Assembly (NCBI GenBank): GCA_020891255.1
Contig: BQFW01000011.1
Span: 1,736,001-1,800,000, forward strand
DNA from: Entomortierella parvispora E1425
Lineage: Eukaryota; Fungi; Mortierellomycota
Direction of reading: 5' to 3'
DNA: 64,000 nt
Below, piece after piece: positions 38,447 through 51,279 of this stretch. A program made the translations under genes and the position numbers. The notes under the pieces are model-generated. The model worked only from the letters and a program-made list of their open reading frames with translations. It did not search any database and was not told the origin of the DNA. The first letter of the stretch is position 1. The number at the start of each line of letters is the position of its first letter.

Positions 38447-38998
38447 ATGGCTGTATTCTCATTTCCGCGACGACAGGAACAACCATCCGCTCCACAGGAT
38501 CGTCCACGGACAGGGCGGCGAGGCAAGATTTTATTGTTGTCCCTGACAACTACACTTCTAGTCACCCTCTTGAGCAGAGCGGTTCCTGGCGTGCAATGCA
38601 GTCCTGCCAGTCCCATCATCAAAAGAGACCAGCAACCGCCTCTCCAGAACGAGGAGCTCCACAAACAGCAAAACCCGTTCCTCGGCTTCTTGTCTACCAT
38701 TGCTACCACTCTGATTGATACAGATCTAACGGCTCCCATGGCGATTTTGCCAGACTTGACAGACTGGTCTTGCAAGGTGACAGAAGAGCATCCATACCCC
38801 GTCATTATCTTGCATGGTCTTTTTGCGCCTCAATTCACATCGTAAGGCAGATCGGCAGAGCAATGGAGAAGGATAAGATTGACAGGCTTCCCTCTAACTT
38901 GGCCTATTGGTCTTCTTTTCTTCTTGCGTAGATGGGTCAACATGGCCAAACAACTTCGTGCCGCTGGATACTGCGTATACCAGGTAATTGTTCAAAAG

Positions 38999-39034
<36 letters not shown>

Positions 39035-40016
39035 AAAAAAGGTCGAAGATCGCCAGCCAGCTAATAGCTCCCGTTGTCATGGCGCCACGCCGCGCCCATA
39101 GATGAAATATGGAATGATCCCAGGAATTGATTTCATCGGAGGCATGCTAGACATCAAGGAATCCGCAAAGGAGCTCCCTGGTTATATTGAAAAGGTCCTG
39201 GAGACTTCAGGCGCCAAGCGGGTCGATATGGTGACCCACTCTGAAGGCGGAACGGTCGCAAGGTAACAGAAAAACATGAAAATGAAAGCGTCCATTGTTC
39301 TTTCTTCCTCATTTGCATTCTTGCTCTGGTCATGCAACAGATGGTACCTAAAGTATGTGGCTCCGAAAGTGGCTCAAGAGCAGCAACAGGAGCAACAGCA
39401 GGACAGCCTCTCGCCCGAACCCAAGGTCCGATCACTCGTGTCCGTGGGTCCCATCGGGGATGGGACTCTTCTTCAGGGGATCACGGATGTGGCCAAAGTC
39501 TTTGGCCTGTACGATGGCATCAGTCAGTGGGTCATGCAGTTCTGTGTCCCTTGCACCCAATTGTTGGACAAGTCCGAGTTCATGCTCGAGCTCTACAAGG
39601 ACGGCGAGATCTTGATCCCAGGCGTGCGAATGTTGAACATCGTGACTAGGATGGACGAGTTTGTGACCCCGTACTTCAAGGGGGCTATCCAACTCGTTCC
39701 CGAGGACGAGATTTTGAGCCATCTCGTGCACCACTTGCCTTCCACGGCCACCAACTCACAGTCCGAGAACGAAGAAGAGGAGGAAACTCTACCATCACAG
39801 GATTTGGTACAACTCCAAAAGGAATTGGAGAAAAGTCATCTCCCTCAAGGACTGCAACCTGGCGACATCCAGAACCTCTTTGCTGAAGATTACTGCCACA
39901 ACAATACCCGGGTCTCCAGTCACTTTGGACTCTTCCGTTCTGATTTTTCCATCAATGCTACCCTTCAATTCCTGTCACCGACGTTTACTGGTACCTTTGA
40001 GACGTTTCCTTGTTGA
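38447..40016 (+). CDS. Secreted alpha/beta-hydrolase, lipase class 2 (Lipase_2/LipA-like)
   Basis: Signal/anchor segment, DWSCKVTEEHPYPVIILHG (oxyanion hole), nucleophile THSEGG, DEFVTPY (Asp) and SHFGL (His); about 3-4 introns. Confidence 0.85.
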
Positions 40017-40334
40017 TCACCACCTCTTTTTTTCTTTTTCATTTTATTAATAAAAAAAAAAAGCGAAAGCAATGATCGAGGACGGATGCGATTTTTTTTT
40101 TTTTTTTTAGAAAAAGAGAATGACTCGATCTATCCCTTCCCTTCATAGAAAAGAGAAGGCGGTGGATGATGGTGGTGGGAGCGGCAAGTCGGGTGGAGGG
40201 GCCACACTTTTTGTTTTTTGCTTTTTACTTTTGTACACTCTTGACCTCTTCTCCAAAAATGTGTCCCCGCCCTCCTGAGACTCAAACTGCAAATGGAGGG
40301 AAAAAAAACTCCACTTGCACCGCCCCTACGCGGT

Positions 40335-43152
40335 CTACAGATCCTGGATTTGCTTCAACAGGAATGCTTTTTCATCATTGAACTGCTCGTCCTCTATTTG
40401 AACCCAGTAGAGACAACGACTTGTTAGTGGGGTGTGGTCATGGCGATACCAAGAAAAAAAACATGGATACATCAGAGCGATCCTGAGCTCATACCGTTAC
40501 GATCATTGTGAAATGTACTCAGAAATGAGATGAGCTTGTCTTGGTTTTTTGACAAAATGTCCAATACAGGCTTGTTCTTGTTGGGGTTGGCAACAAACAC
40601 CTATGGGCAGAGTGGGTTTTCAAAAGACACAGAAAATGAAATAAATTAGTGTCTAATTCACTCACACCTGCATTTTTCATTCTTTCTCTTAAAAGTACAA
40701 AGGAAAAGAGCTGCTCTCACCTTGAAAACGTGGAAGGCTTCAAATTGGATGTTGCGGCTACGGTCCTTGAGCAGGTTCATCATCAACTTGAGATTATCCG
40801 CGTTGGCTATGTACCTCGTCATGACTGTAAAGTTGGCTCGATCCAACAGAATCTCACCAAGGAGCTAACGAGAGCAAAGTTTAAAAACAAAAGAAAATTA
40901 GCAAAACGCCACTTTGTGAAGGATCGATAACAGGTTCATTGCCTTGTCTGTTGTCTTTCAGTGCCATGTCCTTGTTGTCCCTGTCATCGTCCCTCTGCCA
41001 TACCTTTAATGATTGACGTTTCGTGACATAATTCGTTGACTGGAGGAGCTGGGTGTACTTTTCAAAGAAGGTATCGTAGTTGCGCTCCAAAAACTCGGCC
41101 ACCAATGTCTTGTGTCGGCTCAGAATTTCCTAAGAACATTCAGCAGAAACGAGTTAGATCCAGATCTATTGTCCAAAAGTCAGATGGGAAAGGGACTGGC
41201 AGCCAAGAGACGGAGCGCACGCGCCTACCTTAAATGTGGCAAAAGCATCACTGGCGATATCGAATGTATTCATCTCCACATAATCAAAGAACTTGTAAAC
41301 CTGTTGCGAATTGAGGACAATCTTTGTCAAGACCTCGTGTCGCAGGCATTCTCTCAAGATCATGCCGCAATTCAGGGCAATTTCCTGATTCTCATATCTA
41401 TAGTAATGTAGTATCGGGAGGATAATGGATGTCAGTCAATATCGGACAAGATCACTAGAGGATAAAGGGGAACTGAGCAATGACGATACAATGGCAGTTT
41501 TGTGTTGTTGCCCCTCTTTTTGTTGTAGTCGTTCGTCATGACCGACGACAGGAAAGACCGACGCCCCTTTTCCCTGCAGCCTGTCAACACATGGCCACTT
41601 TTTTGGCCACTTTTTTTTTTTTTTTTGGTTTCGCCCAGAGAGCTGGGCAAAGAAACAATGAACGAGCAGTACAAGCTCAGGGGCGAGAAGCGGGGTAGGA
41701 AAGGGCAAAGGGGGTGCAAGGAGGTGCGCGTGCTGAATGACAGATCTGTCTGGCTGACTGGCGGCCTTGCGTTTCCACAGCAATAAGGCTGTAGATAATC
41801 AATACTCCCAATCCCAATGACCCTCTGGCTCTTTGCTCGCCTCACTTGTTTCTCGCCCCTCCGCCCTCTTGTCCCTGTTAGACGTCCACTCTATCCAAGC
41901 CCATGGACATGATGACATGTGGAGGGCTATATCTCTCACGAGATCTCCAGGGTCTGCGCCTTCTCCTGTGTTGTTGTTGAAATAGATGGTTGCTACTACG
42001 ATGACGATGACGATGACGATGCTGCACAGTAGACAGTTGTCTCCAGAAAGTAACGTGTCCAGGATCATCGCCGCGTCTTTGTTCCTGTGTGGCGGGCAGA
42101 ACAGCAGGCCAGGTAAAACGAAAGAGAGCAAGAGAAAGACAAAAAAGCTTACCCATGAATCAGTGTAAAGAGGATTTGGTCGCGCGTGCAAAGGTACTCG
42201 ACTGTGGGCGATCTGGAGCCAATGTGGCGACGGAGCAGGTTGTTGAAGATCTGGGCCACATCCTTCTTTGCCTCGAACTCAAACTTTGCAATGTTGTCGA
42301 CAAGAAGTTGGAGAAGGTTGTTGCTGTAGACCTCCTGGGCCAGCTGGGCCACGGTCTCTGGAACTGGGTCGTTTTCTATTTAGATGCGATGAAGGAGGTT
42401 CCGATTGCAATCAAAGACAGCACAGAACAGAAAATAAGATCAGGATCAACAACGCAAACGAAACTACCGGGAGACACGAAAGCTGTCGCTGTTGGCTAGC
42501 TTGCACAACTCGAACCACAGAGATGGCTCGTGGCTCGTTGGCTCGTCTCTCTCCTGCAGCTCAGACACGCAGCACAGCAGCAGAAGCCATAGCAGCAAGC
42601 GACAGCAGTACAAACACAAAAACAAAAACATGGGTCGACCAACTTGCCACTGTCTCCATAGAGCATAGTCTTGATGGCAACCAGGATCTTGGAGATGTCC
42701 TCTGTGGCCTAATGGAGAGTTGGAGCAATCCCGGGTTAGAATGCTGCCCTGAACTGGGGATCCTCGCGTCACTTTCTCCCTTCTCGAGACACCAAGTTCT
42801 GGGCTGTTGCATCCCCGGGTGCCCAAATCTCTTTTTCTTTCCAAACGAGAGAAATGAATGAGCTCCAGAGAACATTCTCCGAGTTGAAAACAAAAACAGG
42901 GCGTCGGAGGGAGGCAGCGCGCTTGAATCGAGGTTCCTTTCGGTCCGCGTAGCGTGCATATGGAATTGCCCTGTCTTTCTTTGTGTCAAGTTGGGGAGGT
43001 GCATGGTCGTACATGGAGTGGGGTCAAAGGTCAAAGGTCGGGACATTGGGTTGTACCTTTCTCTTTTCAGGGCCATCCAGCTTTTGAATCGACTCTTTGA
43101 GGTTGCGGGCCAACTCGTAAGGGGTCTTTGGTTTTGACTTGAAGAAATTCAT
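40335..43152 (-). CDS. HYM1: Mo25/CAB39/Hym1 kinase scaffold
   Basis: [14 protein letters not shown]..., [77 protein letters not shown] and [11 protein letters not shown]. It includes a probable GC-AG intron and a 755-nt intron. Confidence 0.95.
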
Positions 43153-43701
43153 GGCTGGCGTTTAGTGTGTTTTGTGCAAGTGCAAGTGTATGGGGGGTGA
43201 TGGTTGGATGGAGACGAGAGCAGACAGAACAGAGCAGGTGAGGCGGTGGGAACAGAATGTGGAGGGGCTAAAGGACCAGAGAGCAGAGGGAGCCAAAAGA
43301 ATAGAACAAGGGGTGTGTGTGGATAATAGTGGCAGTGTCGGGAGGTGGTGTGCGTCGAGGCTGACGGACGGACAGGGAGGCAGCAAGGGACGACAGGGAG
43401 GCTGAAGGGAGGCTGATGGGAGGAGGAGAAGGAAGAAAAAAGGACAATGGTGAGAACAGAGAAAGAGAGAGAGATGAGAGAGAAAGAGAGAAGGCGAATG
43501 TCGAGACTGAAAAAAGAGACTGGAAAAAAGGAGCGGTCCTTGTTGTCTTTGTCTCTTTGACCGCATTCTCCCCTTCCTTCCTTCCGTCCTTCCTTCCTTC
43601 CTTCGCGTGTTTCTTCTTTCTTTTGCTTTGTCTCGACTTCTTTCTCTCCTTGTCCTTCCATCCATCTGGATGGGTCTGTCTGTTTGTTTCTCTGTTTCTC
43701 T

Positions 43702-43715
43702 TGTGTGTGTGCGTG

Positions 43716-43754
<39 letters not shown>
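43702..43754. repeat. (GT)n microsatellite
   Basis: About 26 GT/GC dinucleotide units between HYM1 and GOT1. Confidence 0.95.
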
Positions 43755-43755
<1 letters not shown>

Positions 43756-44297
43756 TTGTTTCTCTCTTTCTCTTTCTTTACTCTGCCCATCCCGCCGCTA
43801 TCTCTCTCTCCACGCGGCTTTCACCTGGCGGGATCGTCTTCTTCCCGCGTGCTGCTGTCATGTCTACTGCATGTATCTTCCTCTCTCGTGGCTGCCCGTC
43901 GATGACGACGATGTGTGCGTTTGTGTCTGCGTCAAAGTCTGTGTCCAGCGTGCGTGTGTTTTGTTCTTGGACAATCTTACCTATTTCTCCCTCAAGGCCA
44001 AGAAAAGAAACGCGCTTCCCCCCCGTGTGAAATAATACAAAAAAACCAGATCCGCGGTCTCGATTTCATCTCGGCCAAACGCAGACTCCGCGCAACCCAG
44101 CGACTCGCTTCTCTCTTGTTCCATTGCAAAGATTGAAAAAAAAAGACGCATTTCTTTACCCCTCATCTCATTGTCCGCTTCCTGATACCCGTATCAACTT
44201 TTGTTTTACAGCACGCTGCTCAATATGAACTTCTATTATTATGGCCAAAGAGTATATATGACGTCTAGATCCTGGAAGAGTATGGAGCCTTTTCCTT

Positions 44298-45311
44298 TCA
44301 AACTGGCAGCCGTTGACCCACGATCCGATCCACGACCTATTAACAACGCGACACAGGGGAAGCCACTGGGAGCGATTAATGACCGAGGATATCAACTCCT
44401 TGTCCAGACCGCCTTCCATTCTATCCTGGTGCTCCTGTAATTCACGAATCCCTGGGCGCAGGAAGGAACTGTTTTTTTTGTCCCCCAAAAAGGAGCAAAC
44501 ATGGAACAGGAACGGGACGGAATGAGAAATCACGTCCCTCAATGCTTTTCTTGTCCAAAATGATGTCTTCCTGTGCTGTCCAAAAACAAACGTACCTGTG
44601 AGATCCCTGGTGCACTCAATATGTTTCCAATGACTGGCAATCTCCGCAGGAATCCAAGAATGACTGGGAAAAAGTCGCTAAAGAGAGAAAAGGGGGGAGG
44701 AGAAACACCATTAGACCATTAGAACCGCCGCCACACTGGTCGATTTTCAGGATCCATGACAACACGACATTTATCATACCCAAAGAGGTTAATGAAACCA
44801 AACAGTTCGAGCAAGACTCCGATCTTTGGCCATTTGAAAAAGACGAGTAGGATCCCGCCAAAGAAGCAGATCGTCCCGCGAATCTTTTGCTTTTTGGCAA
44901 AGAAATACATCGTCCTTTGAGTTCCTTGAACGAGGGTCAGTCCCGCCAGGAAGAGGATCTACCGTCATCCCCGCAACGTGCAAAATAATAAAATAATGAA
45001 AGAAAACATTGTCGGTTAGCGAGCTTCCTTACTAGACAGATTGGATGTTCGTTGGTGGTGTGGTCTCTTTTGCCCAGAACCAGCACGAGCCGCTCTTAAC
45101 ACGCCGAGTCGTCATTCCTTTTTGCTCCCTTTAGGTAGATCCTTGAGATAAGACTGTGTCCAGGGTCCTGAGGTTGGCACTGCCTATTCCTGACTTACGT
45201 TTCCGATCGCGAGCAGTCCTCCATCAAAGAACATCATGACGCCCATGAGCATGAAGAAGACGCCAAAGGCGGTCAATCCGACGCCGATCTTCTGAGTGTC
45301 TGAGAGCCACA
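44298..45311 (-). CDS. GOT1: Golgi transport protein Got1 (Got1/Sft2 family)
   Basis: MWLSDTQKIGVGLTAFG...DGGLLAIGN|ILFLAGL...FFGGILLV...ELFGFINLF|...PGISQ|VVDRIVGQRLPV*. Confidence 0.93.
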
Positions 45312-46382
45312 TTGAACTTTTGCTGGGTCAATCGCGGTGAGTTTCTGAAAGGGATGAATGAATGGGAAATGAAAGGACAAAAGAAAGAATGTATGAAAGG
45401 AGAAAAGGAGAGAAAAGGAATGATGATGAGCCAAGGGCAAAACGAATTCCCCTTCGGTCCAGGGCCAAAGCGCACTGTTCTTGTGTCCCTTCTTCTCCAC
45501 ACACACGCCACGCAGTGAGAGAAACAAAAAAAAAAAAAAAAGAGTCAAAAAAAGAGACACGCCGTGGCCGTGCAAACGGCGTGCCACGTTCATATCTCAC
45601 TCTTGCTCTTTATTTCTGCAGATCAGATCACACGCGTCCTCTCTCTTGGCGTTCATGGATCTGTGGATGGGATGCGTGCTCGGTAATACGTGTCGCTGGC
45701 TGCGCTTTGTGCCTTTCAATCCTGTCAGCTTGGATGTCTCCCTGTCTGTCCTGCTGGGGAAACAATCCGCACGGTGTGGGCACGCTCACACGCTCTTTGT
45801 CGCCCAACTCTTTTTTTACTCTTTCTTTTCTTCTCGTTTTGCTTCATCCACGCGCATGGCTCTTGCGAGTAGAAAGAAGGAAGCATGGAAAGGAGTGGAA
45901 GTGTCCGCGTACCTTAGTATCTTCTTGCCACCACGACTCTATCCAGGCAGATCAAGCTGACTCTGAAGGAAGGACACCAACGACGAGGAGAGGCTGTTCA
46001 GAGATAGGGTCCATCGATCATATCACCTGCCTAGCGTCCAACAAATCGACCGGGACGTGAGCACTTGAAGTAATGAGAGAGGACAAGAGGATGAAAAAGA
46101 AGAATGAAGAAAAGAAAGAAGGGGAAACGATGCCAGCAGCAAGTCCAGCAAGCAAGTCCAGCACTCATCCACCTACGCCACACGCAACGGCCAAGATGTC
46201 GTGATCCATGGCCTCTGACTCTGACTCTTCGCGCGTCGTGACTGTCGCGAATGAAAAAAAAGCGGGGGAAAGAAAGAAAGAAGAAACGAGAGCGAAAACA
46301 CCCTTCTTTTGCACCCCCTCCCTTCCTTCCTTTCTTCTTGTTTCCCCCGTTGTCCTTCAATCTCCCTTCCTCATCCCCGGGC

Positions 46383-46432
<50 letters not shown>

Positions 46433-46466
46433 CGACAGACAGACACGACCGACAGACACGACCGAC
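46383..46466. repeat. (GACA)n microsatellite decaying into GACACGACC variants, upstream of FOL1
   Basis: About 12 perfect tetramer units followed by degenerate units. Confidence 0.9.
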
Positions 46467-46499
46467 TGTAAAGAGGATTACCCGACTTGTATATTCGCC

Positions 46500-49186
46500 A
46501 TGGCACAACAACCCTCCGCCACCGCGCACCATGCCGTGCCCGACTTGCCCATGACCGACAAGATTTGCATCCGCGACCTCACTGTCCGTAACATCATTGG
46601 CGTCGATGCATGGGAACGGTCCAAGAGACAGCCCATCATCATCAATCTCGTCGTCTACACCAGCGTGTCCCAGGCCGGCGACACTGACCACCTCGTATGT
46701 GCCGCATGATCCAGCAGCTCTCAACGGAAAACTGCGAGTTGTGCTACCCTTTGTCCTCCAGTCTTCTCACGCCGTGTTTATCTTTTTCTTGCTTTTTATC
46801 TTTGTACCTTGTTGACTCTCCAGCCTTACTCGATCCACTACGGAGTCCTCTGCAAGACGGTCGAGGCCCATTCGGAAAAGACAGAGTGCCGCTCCGTCGA
46901 AGCCCTGGCAGATTCCATTGCCCGTGTCGTTATCACTAAATGCCACGCACCCAAGATCACTGTCCGGATCGACAAGCCCCGCGCTCTCTTGCACGCCGCC
47001 TCTGCCGGTGTCGAGATCACCCGTCAGCGCTCCGACTACACCGAGGACCAACTGGCTGGTATCGTCCCTTGCCCTCTCAAATTTAAACCGGACGACATTA
47101 TCTTTGTCAAGGATCTGAAGTTGTCGTGCATCATTGGCGTGAACCCTTGGGAAAGAGAAGAGGAGCAGATCGTCATCCTCAACTTGCAGATCTATCCTGG
47201 CTTGGATGAGTCGGATGATCGCAGGCCTGATTATGTCTCGAGCACACACAACTACAGGACCATTGTCAGGACTATCACAAAGTACATTGAGGCTTCTTCC
47301 TACAAGACCGTGGAGGCCTTTGTGACCTCCGTGGCCAGAATTGCGATTGAGAAGTGCCATGTCAGCAAGATCACGGTCAAGATGGAGAAGCCCAGTGCGA
47401 TCGTGTTTGCAGGATCTGCTGGAGTGGAGATTACTAGAGATCGTGCCTTCTTTGCAAATGCGCACAACGCCAGCAACAAGACCCATACCAGAGGTATGTC
47501 CTCGATCTCGACCGTTTATGGGTTGCCTGGATCGATGGATCACAAGATCCAGAAGCGTGGCCCCGTCCCCGCTCATCTGAAGCACGAGGTGTTCTTGGCC
47601 CTTGGATCCAACCTGGGTGACTCTGCTGCCAACTTGACCAACGCATTGAAGATGTTGGAGAAGGACGACCATGTTCGGGTAGTGGATACCTCTTTCTTGT
47701 ATGAGACCCCACCTATGTATGTCACGGATCAGCCTCCATTCTTGAATGCTGCCTGCAAGGTAACGCTTTTTTCACGTTCTTTGTTGATTCAGGAAATGCG
47801 GATCCGTCGCCCTTTGTTTTATTGTGTCAGAAAAATAATGCTTATTCCTCTCTTTTTTTTTTTTTTTTTTCTCTCGGGATCGATATAGGTCAAGACGGAT
47901 CTTGAGCCGAGAGCACTGTTGGCAAAGATCAAGGAGATTGAAGCGGAGATGGGCAGGGATTTCAACACTGTCCGTAACGGACCCCGTCCTATCGACATTG
48001 ATATTCTCCTCTACGATCATATCGAGTACTCGGATGATGTCTTGACGATCCCCCATATCTCCATGCAGGAGCGCGAGTTTGTCTTGAGACCTCTTTGCGA
48101 GTATGTCCCTCTTCCTTTTTTATTTCACTCTGTCGTTGAGCCTCGTTGTTGTTGTTTTTTTGCTGACTGTTACTCTGCGGATTATCTCAAAACTATAGCA
48201 TTGCCAAGGATGTAGAGCATCCCAAGTTGTATCGCCATATCAGCCAGTTGTTGTCCCAGCTCTTGCTGAAGCAGTCCGAGCAGCCCTCCGAGGGCCACAT
48301 TCACAAGTCAGTACCCCTCCGTGGCAAGATCTGGCACTGGGATGCCAAGACCTACATCATGGGTATTCTCAACACCACCCCCGACAGCTTCAGTGACGGT
48401 GGCAACTACAGCACCACGGAATCGGCCGCCTTGAGGGCTCAACAGTTGGTGGACGATGGTGCGGATATTATCGACATTGGAGGCATGTCGACTCGCCCCA
48501 ACTCTGAAGAGATTTCAGAAGAGGAAGAGATCCGTCGGGTGGTGCCTGTGATCCAGTTGTTGCGCGCTCGTGGATTCGAACACCCCATTTCCGTCGATAC
48601 TTTTAGAGCCAGCGTGGCAGATGCGGCTGTGGAGGCCGGTGCGGACTTGATCAACGACGTGTCGGCAGGACGCAGAGACCCAGCCATGTACGCCGTCATG
48701 GCCAAGTGGAACGTACCCGTGTGCTTGATGCACATGCGTGGAGATTCAAAGACCATGATGTCCTTGACGGACTATGGTGAGAACAATGACGTGATTGCAG
48801 AGATTGCCAAGGACCTGAACAAGTCGGTGCAGCGAGCCATTGCCGCCGGTGTGCATCGCTGGAACATTATCGTGGACCCCGGTGTTGGCTTTGCCAAGGA
48901 TGGTGAGCAGTCGTTGCAGGTCTTGAGGAGGTTGCCAGAGTTGATCCAAGAGTCCCCCAGCTCCAAGAGCCCCCTGGCCGGTTACCCATGCTTGGTCGGA
49001 CCCAGTCGGAAGGCTTTCATTGGCAAGCTGATCCAGCAACAGGATGCCATGAAGCGCACTTGGGGTACGGCTGCCGCATGCACAGCCTCGGTCGCTGGTG
49101 GAGCTGGCATTGTAAGAGTCCACGATGTCAAGGAGATTCGAGACGTGATCAAGGTCTCGGACGCCATCTGGAGAGTGCATGCTTAG
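46500..49186 (+). CDS. FOL1: Multifunctional folate synthesis protein (2x DHNA, HPPK, DHPS)
   Basis: Two FolB domains (DKICIRDL..IGVDAWER; DIIFVKDL..IGVNPWER), HPPK (ALGSNLGD, SFLYET, RNGPRPIDIDILLY) and DHPS (MGILNTTPDSFSDGG, DIIDIGGMSTRP, SVDTF, DPGVGFAK, GPSRKAF, RVHDV). Start is at 46500 or 46551. Confidence 0.97.
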
Positions 49187-49361
49187 AACATTTTTGTTTG
49201 AAAGAGGAGCAGAAGGATCTATGTTTTCTTTTCCTGCCTTTTTTTTTATCCCGCATTTTTATTTTCTCGCTTGTTTTGTTCTCTTTTTTCATCTTGCAAC
49301 CCGATCCCCTTCTTTTCATTTCGGAATAAACCCGTCTGCGAGCAATCTCAAACTGCTGCTC

Positions 49362-49667
49362 CTATTGCTGTAGTAATTGCTGCTGTTGATAGGCCTCAAA
49401 GTTGTCCAAGACACGGTCCGCAAAGGCATTGACGGTCCGTTCGAAGAATGTACGATGCTGCAGAGCCGTCCACCAAGCCTCGGGCACTCCCTGCCGCAAT
49501 CCAAAGCGAGCGCCCAGCAAACTGCCCATGACGGCGCAATTGGTGTCTGCATCTCCAGCCTCCAAAGTCACTTGTTCCATCAATCCACGGAACAGCCTAA
49601 GGCGGAAATCAAAAGAAAAAAGAAATGTCAGAAATAGCAGCAAAAGAGGTATTTCTGCACTATTCTA

Positions 49668-49703
<36 letters not shown>

Positions 49704-51279
49704 GTGGACCTTGGTATTCTGGCGAGGTTGGGTTGGCATCGATCTGTCGGGTGACAGCATAGACCGAGACACCAATGGTCTTGTAAGCATAGCCCATCTT
49801 TCGAGCACTTCCCAGATCCAAGTTCGAGATGGCGGGTGGGAAACACGCGTGGATCAATTCCTCGGTCCATTGTTCCTGGTAGCTGGGTCCCTCTGCCTCC
49901 AGATTCTCCTCAATCATCTTCTTTTCTGGCACCAAGTCCGTGTCCAGCAACAAAAACGTGTAATCGTCCACGACCGACTGTGCCAACGCAAACATGCCCG
50001 CATCCGCGCCCACACCATCGACGCCCGCCCATCCAATACTGTCTCGGAGCACGGCCCGAGGTCGGTTCCGGTTCCAATCCATCGAATCCCGATCTCTGAA
50101 CTGGGCCTTATAGTTCCCACCCTCGGCCTCCTCTTCCTCCAGTCGAATTTTTTCCAAAGCCGAGAAATCCTTGTAATGAAAAACTGCATGCTCCTCCTCC
50201 TGCTCCTCCTCCCCTTCCAAAGAGGACGACGATCCATCGAGGCTGGGGAGGATCCCTTCGATATCCTCTTCATCCTGTACGCCCGCCTCTGGATCCGAGC
50301 CCCGCCGCATGAACCTCAACAGCCCCTGACGATACGCTTCCGATCCCAACGCCGGGTTCCACACCGTCGCCGCATCCCGTTCCAGAGACTCCCCTCCTCC
50401 CCTCAACATTCTCGAGATCAAGACGGAGCTGACCAAGGCAGCAATGATCGATCTGGGGTCCGCATGCGTGATCTTGGCCGCCGTGATGGCATTCCTGACG
50501 ACGCGGCGCTCATCCCAAAAGGACTCTACACCCACGACCGCCGTCCGCATCACGGCGCCATTCGCAGCCAGCTGACGGGATTCGCGGTCCCAGACCTCGT
50601 ACGCAGCCAGATGAGGGTTGGTCTTGAACTCGGCATGGTCCATGACGGACATGACGGTGTACCCGATGCCACGCGAGGGCGTGCCCAGCTCTGGGAACCC
50701 AAAGTCGTTCCATTCTAGCATCTTTTTCGCAAACAAGGAGGCTGAAAGGGGCTGGTGCGGCGACGTGGTCATCAGGGCTTGCAGGAGGATCAACATTTGA
50801 TCCGTGTCGTCTGTAAAGTCGTTCCTGTCTGCAATCGGTCGATGCCCGTCTTCCCAGACAGGCCAACTAGAACAAAGGTGTGGTAAGTACATGGGAGAAA
50901 CGAAGGAGAAAAAAAAAAGAAAAAAAAAAAGAAAAAGGAAAGGTTGAAGTATCTCCACCCTCACATAGCTTCTTACCCTGGGTCATTTCCAAACGCAATA
51001 GGTCCATTGCCATAAAGATCCTTGGCCTGTCGAGGTGACATGAACTCGGTCGCGAGACCATAGGCATCGCCAACAGCGTTGCCTTTATGAAGACAAGTAA
51101 GATAGATATCAAGTTATGGATCAGTCATGACCTTCCAAAAGTCTCTTCATGAAAGTTATCGCGCGTATCCCTGCATGACCATGCCTGACTACATATACAA
51201 TCGTCTTTCACTTACCATAGAGACAGCCTCGAATGCGATCGCGCAATTGTTCTCGGCTGAGAGTAGAAGGGGAGGCCAT
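49362..51279 (-). CDS. ADP-ribosylglycohydrolase (ARH/DraG family)
   Basis: DRIRGCLYG, LATEFM, FTDDTDQ (Mg-binding), RGIGYTV, ANGAVMRTA, THADPR, MGYAYK and GDADTNCAVMGSLLGA; multi-exon. Confidence 0.92.

Noticed and set aside
44337-44595. Internal CCCAG acceptor (44452) in the last GOT1 intron giving an alternative tail GFVNYRSTRIEWKAVWTRS*
   Set aside because: The distal exon gives the conserved VVDRIVGQRLPV end. A chance CAG in a 259-nt intron is expected, and there is no other support.
46767-47672. 301-aa minus-strand ORF
   Set aside because: It is antisense to FOL1 exons and carries no independent signal.
17815-49186. Idea of a pterin/folate gene cluster (GCH-II-like gene plus FOL1)
   Set aside because: The genes are about 27 kb apart with unrelated housekeeping genes between them, and the cyclohydrolase is Urc1-type, not folate GCH-I.
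49402-50718. 438-aa plus-strand ORF
   Set aside because: It is an antisense shadow of the ADP-ribosylglycohydrolase and crosses a poly-T intron (FFFFFFFF).
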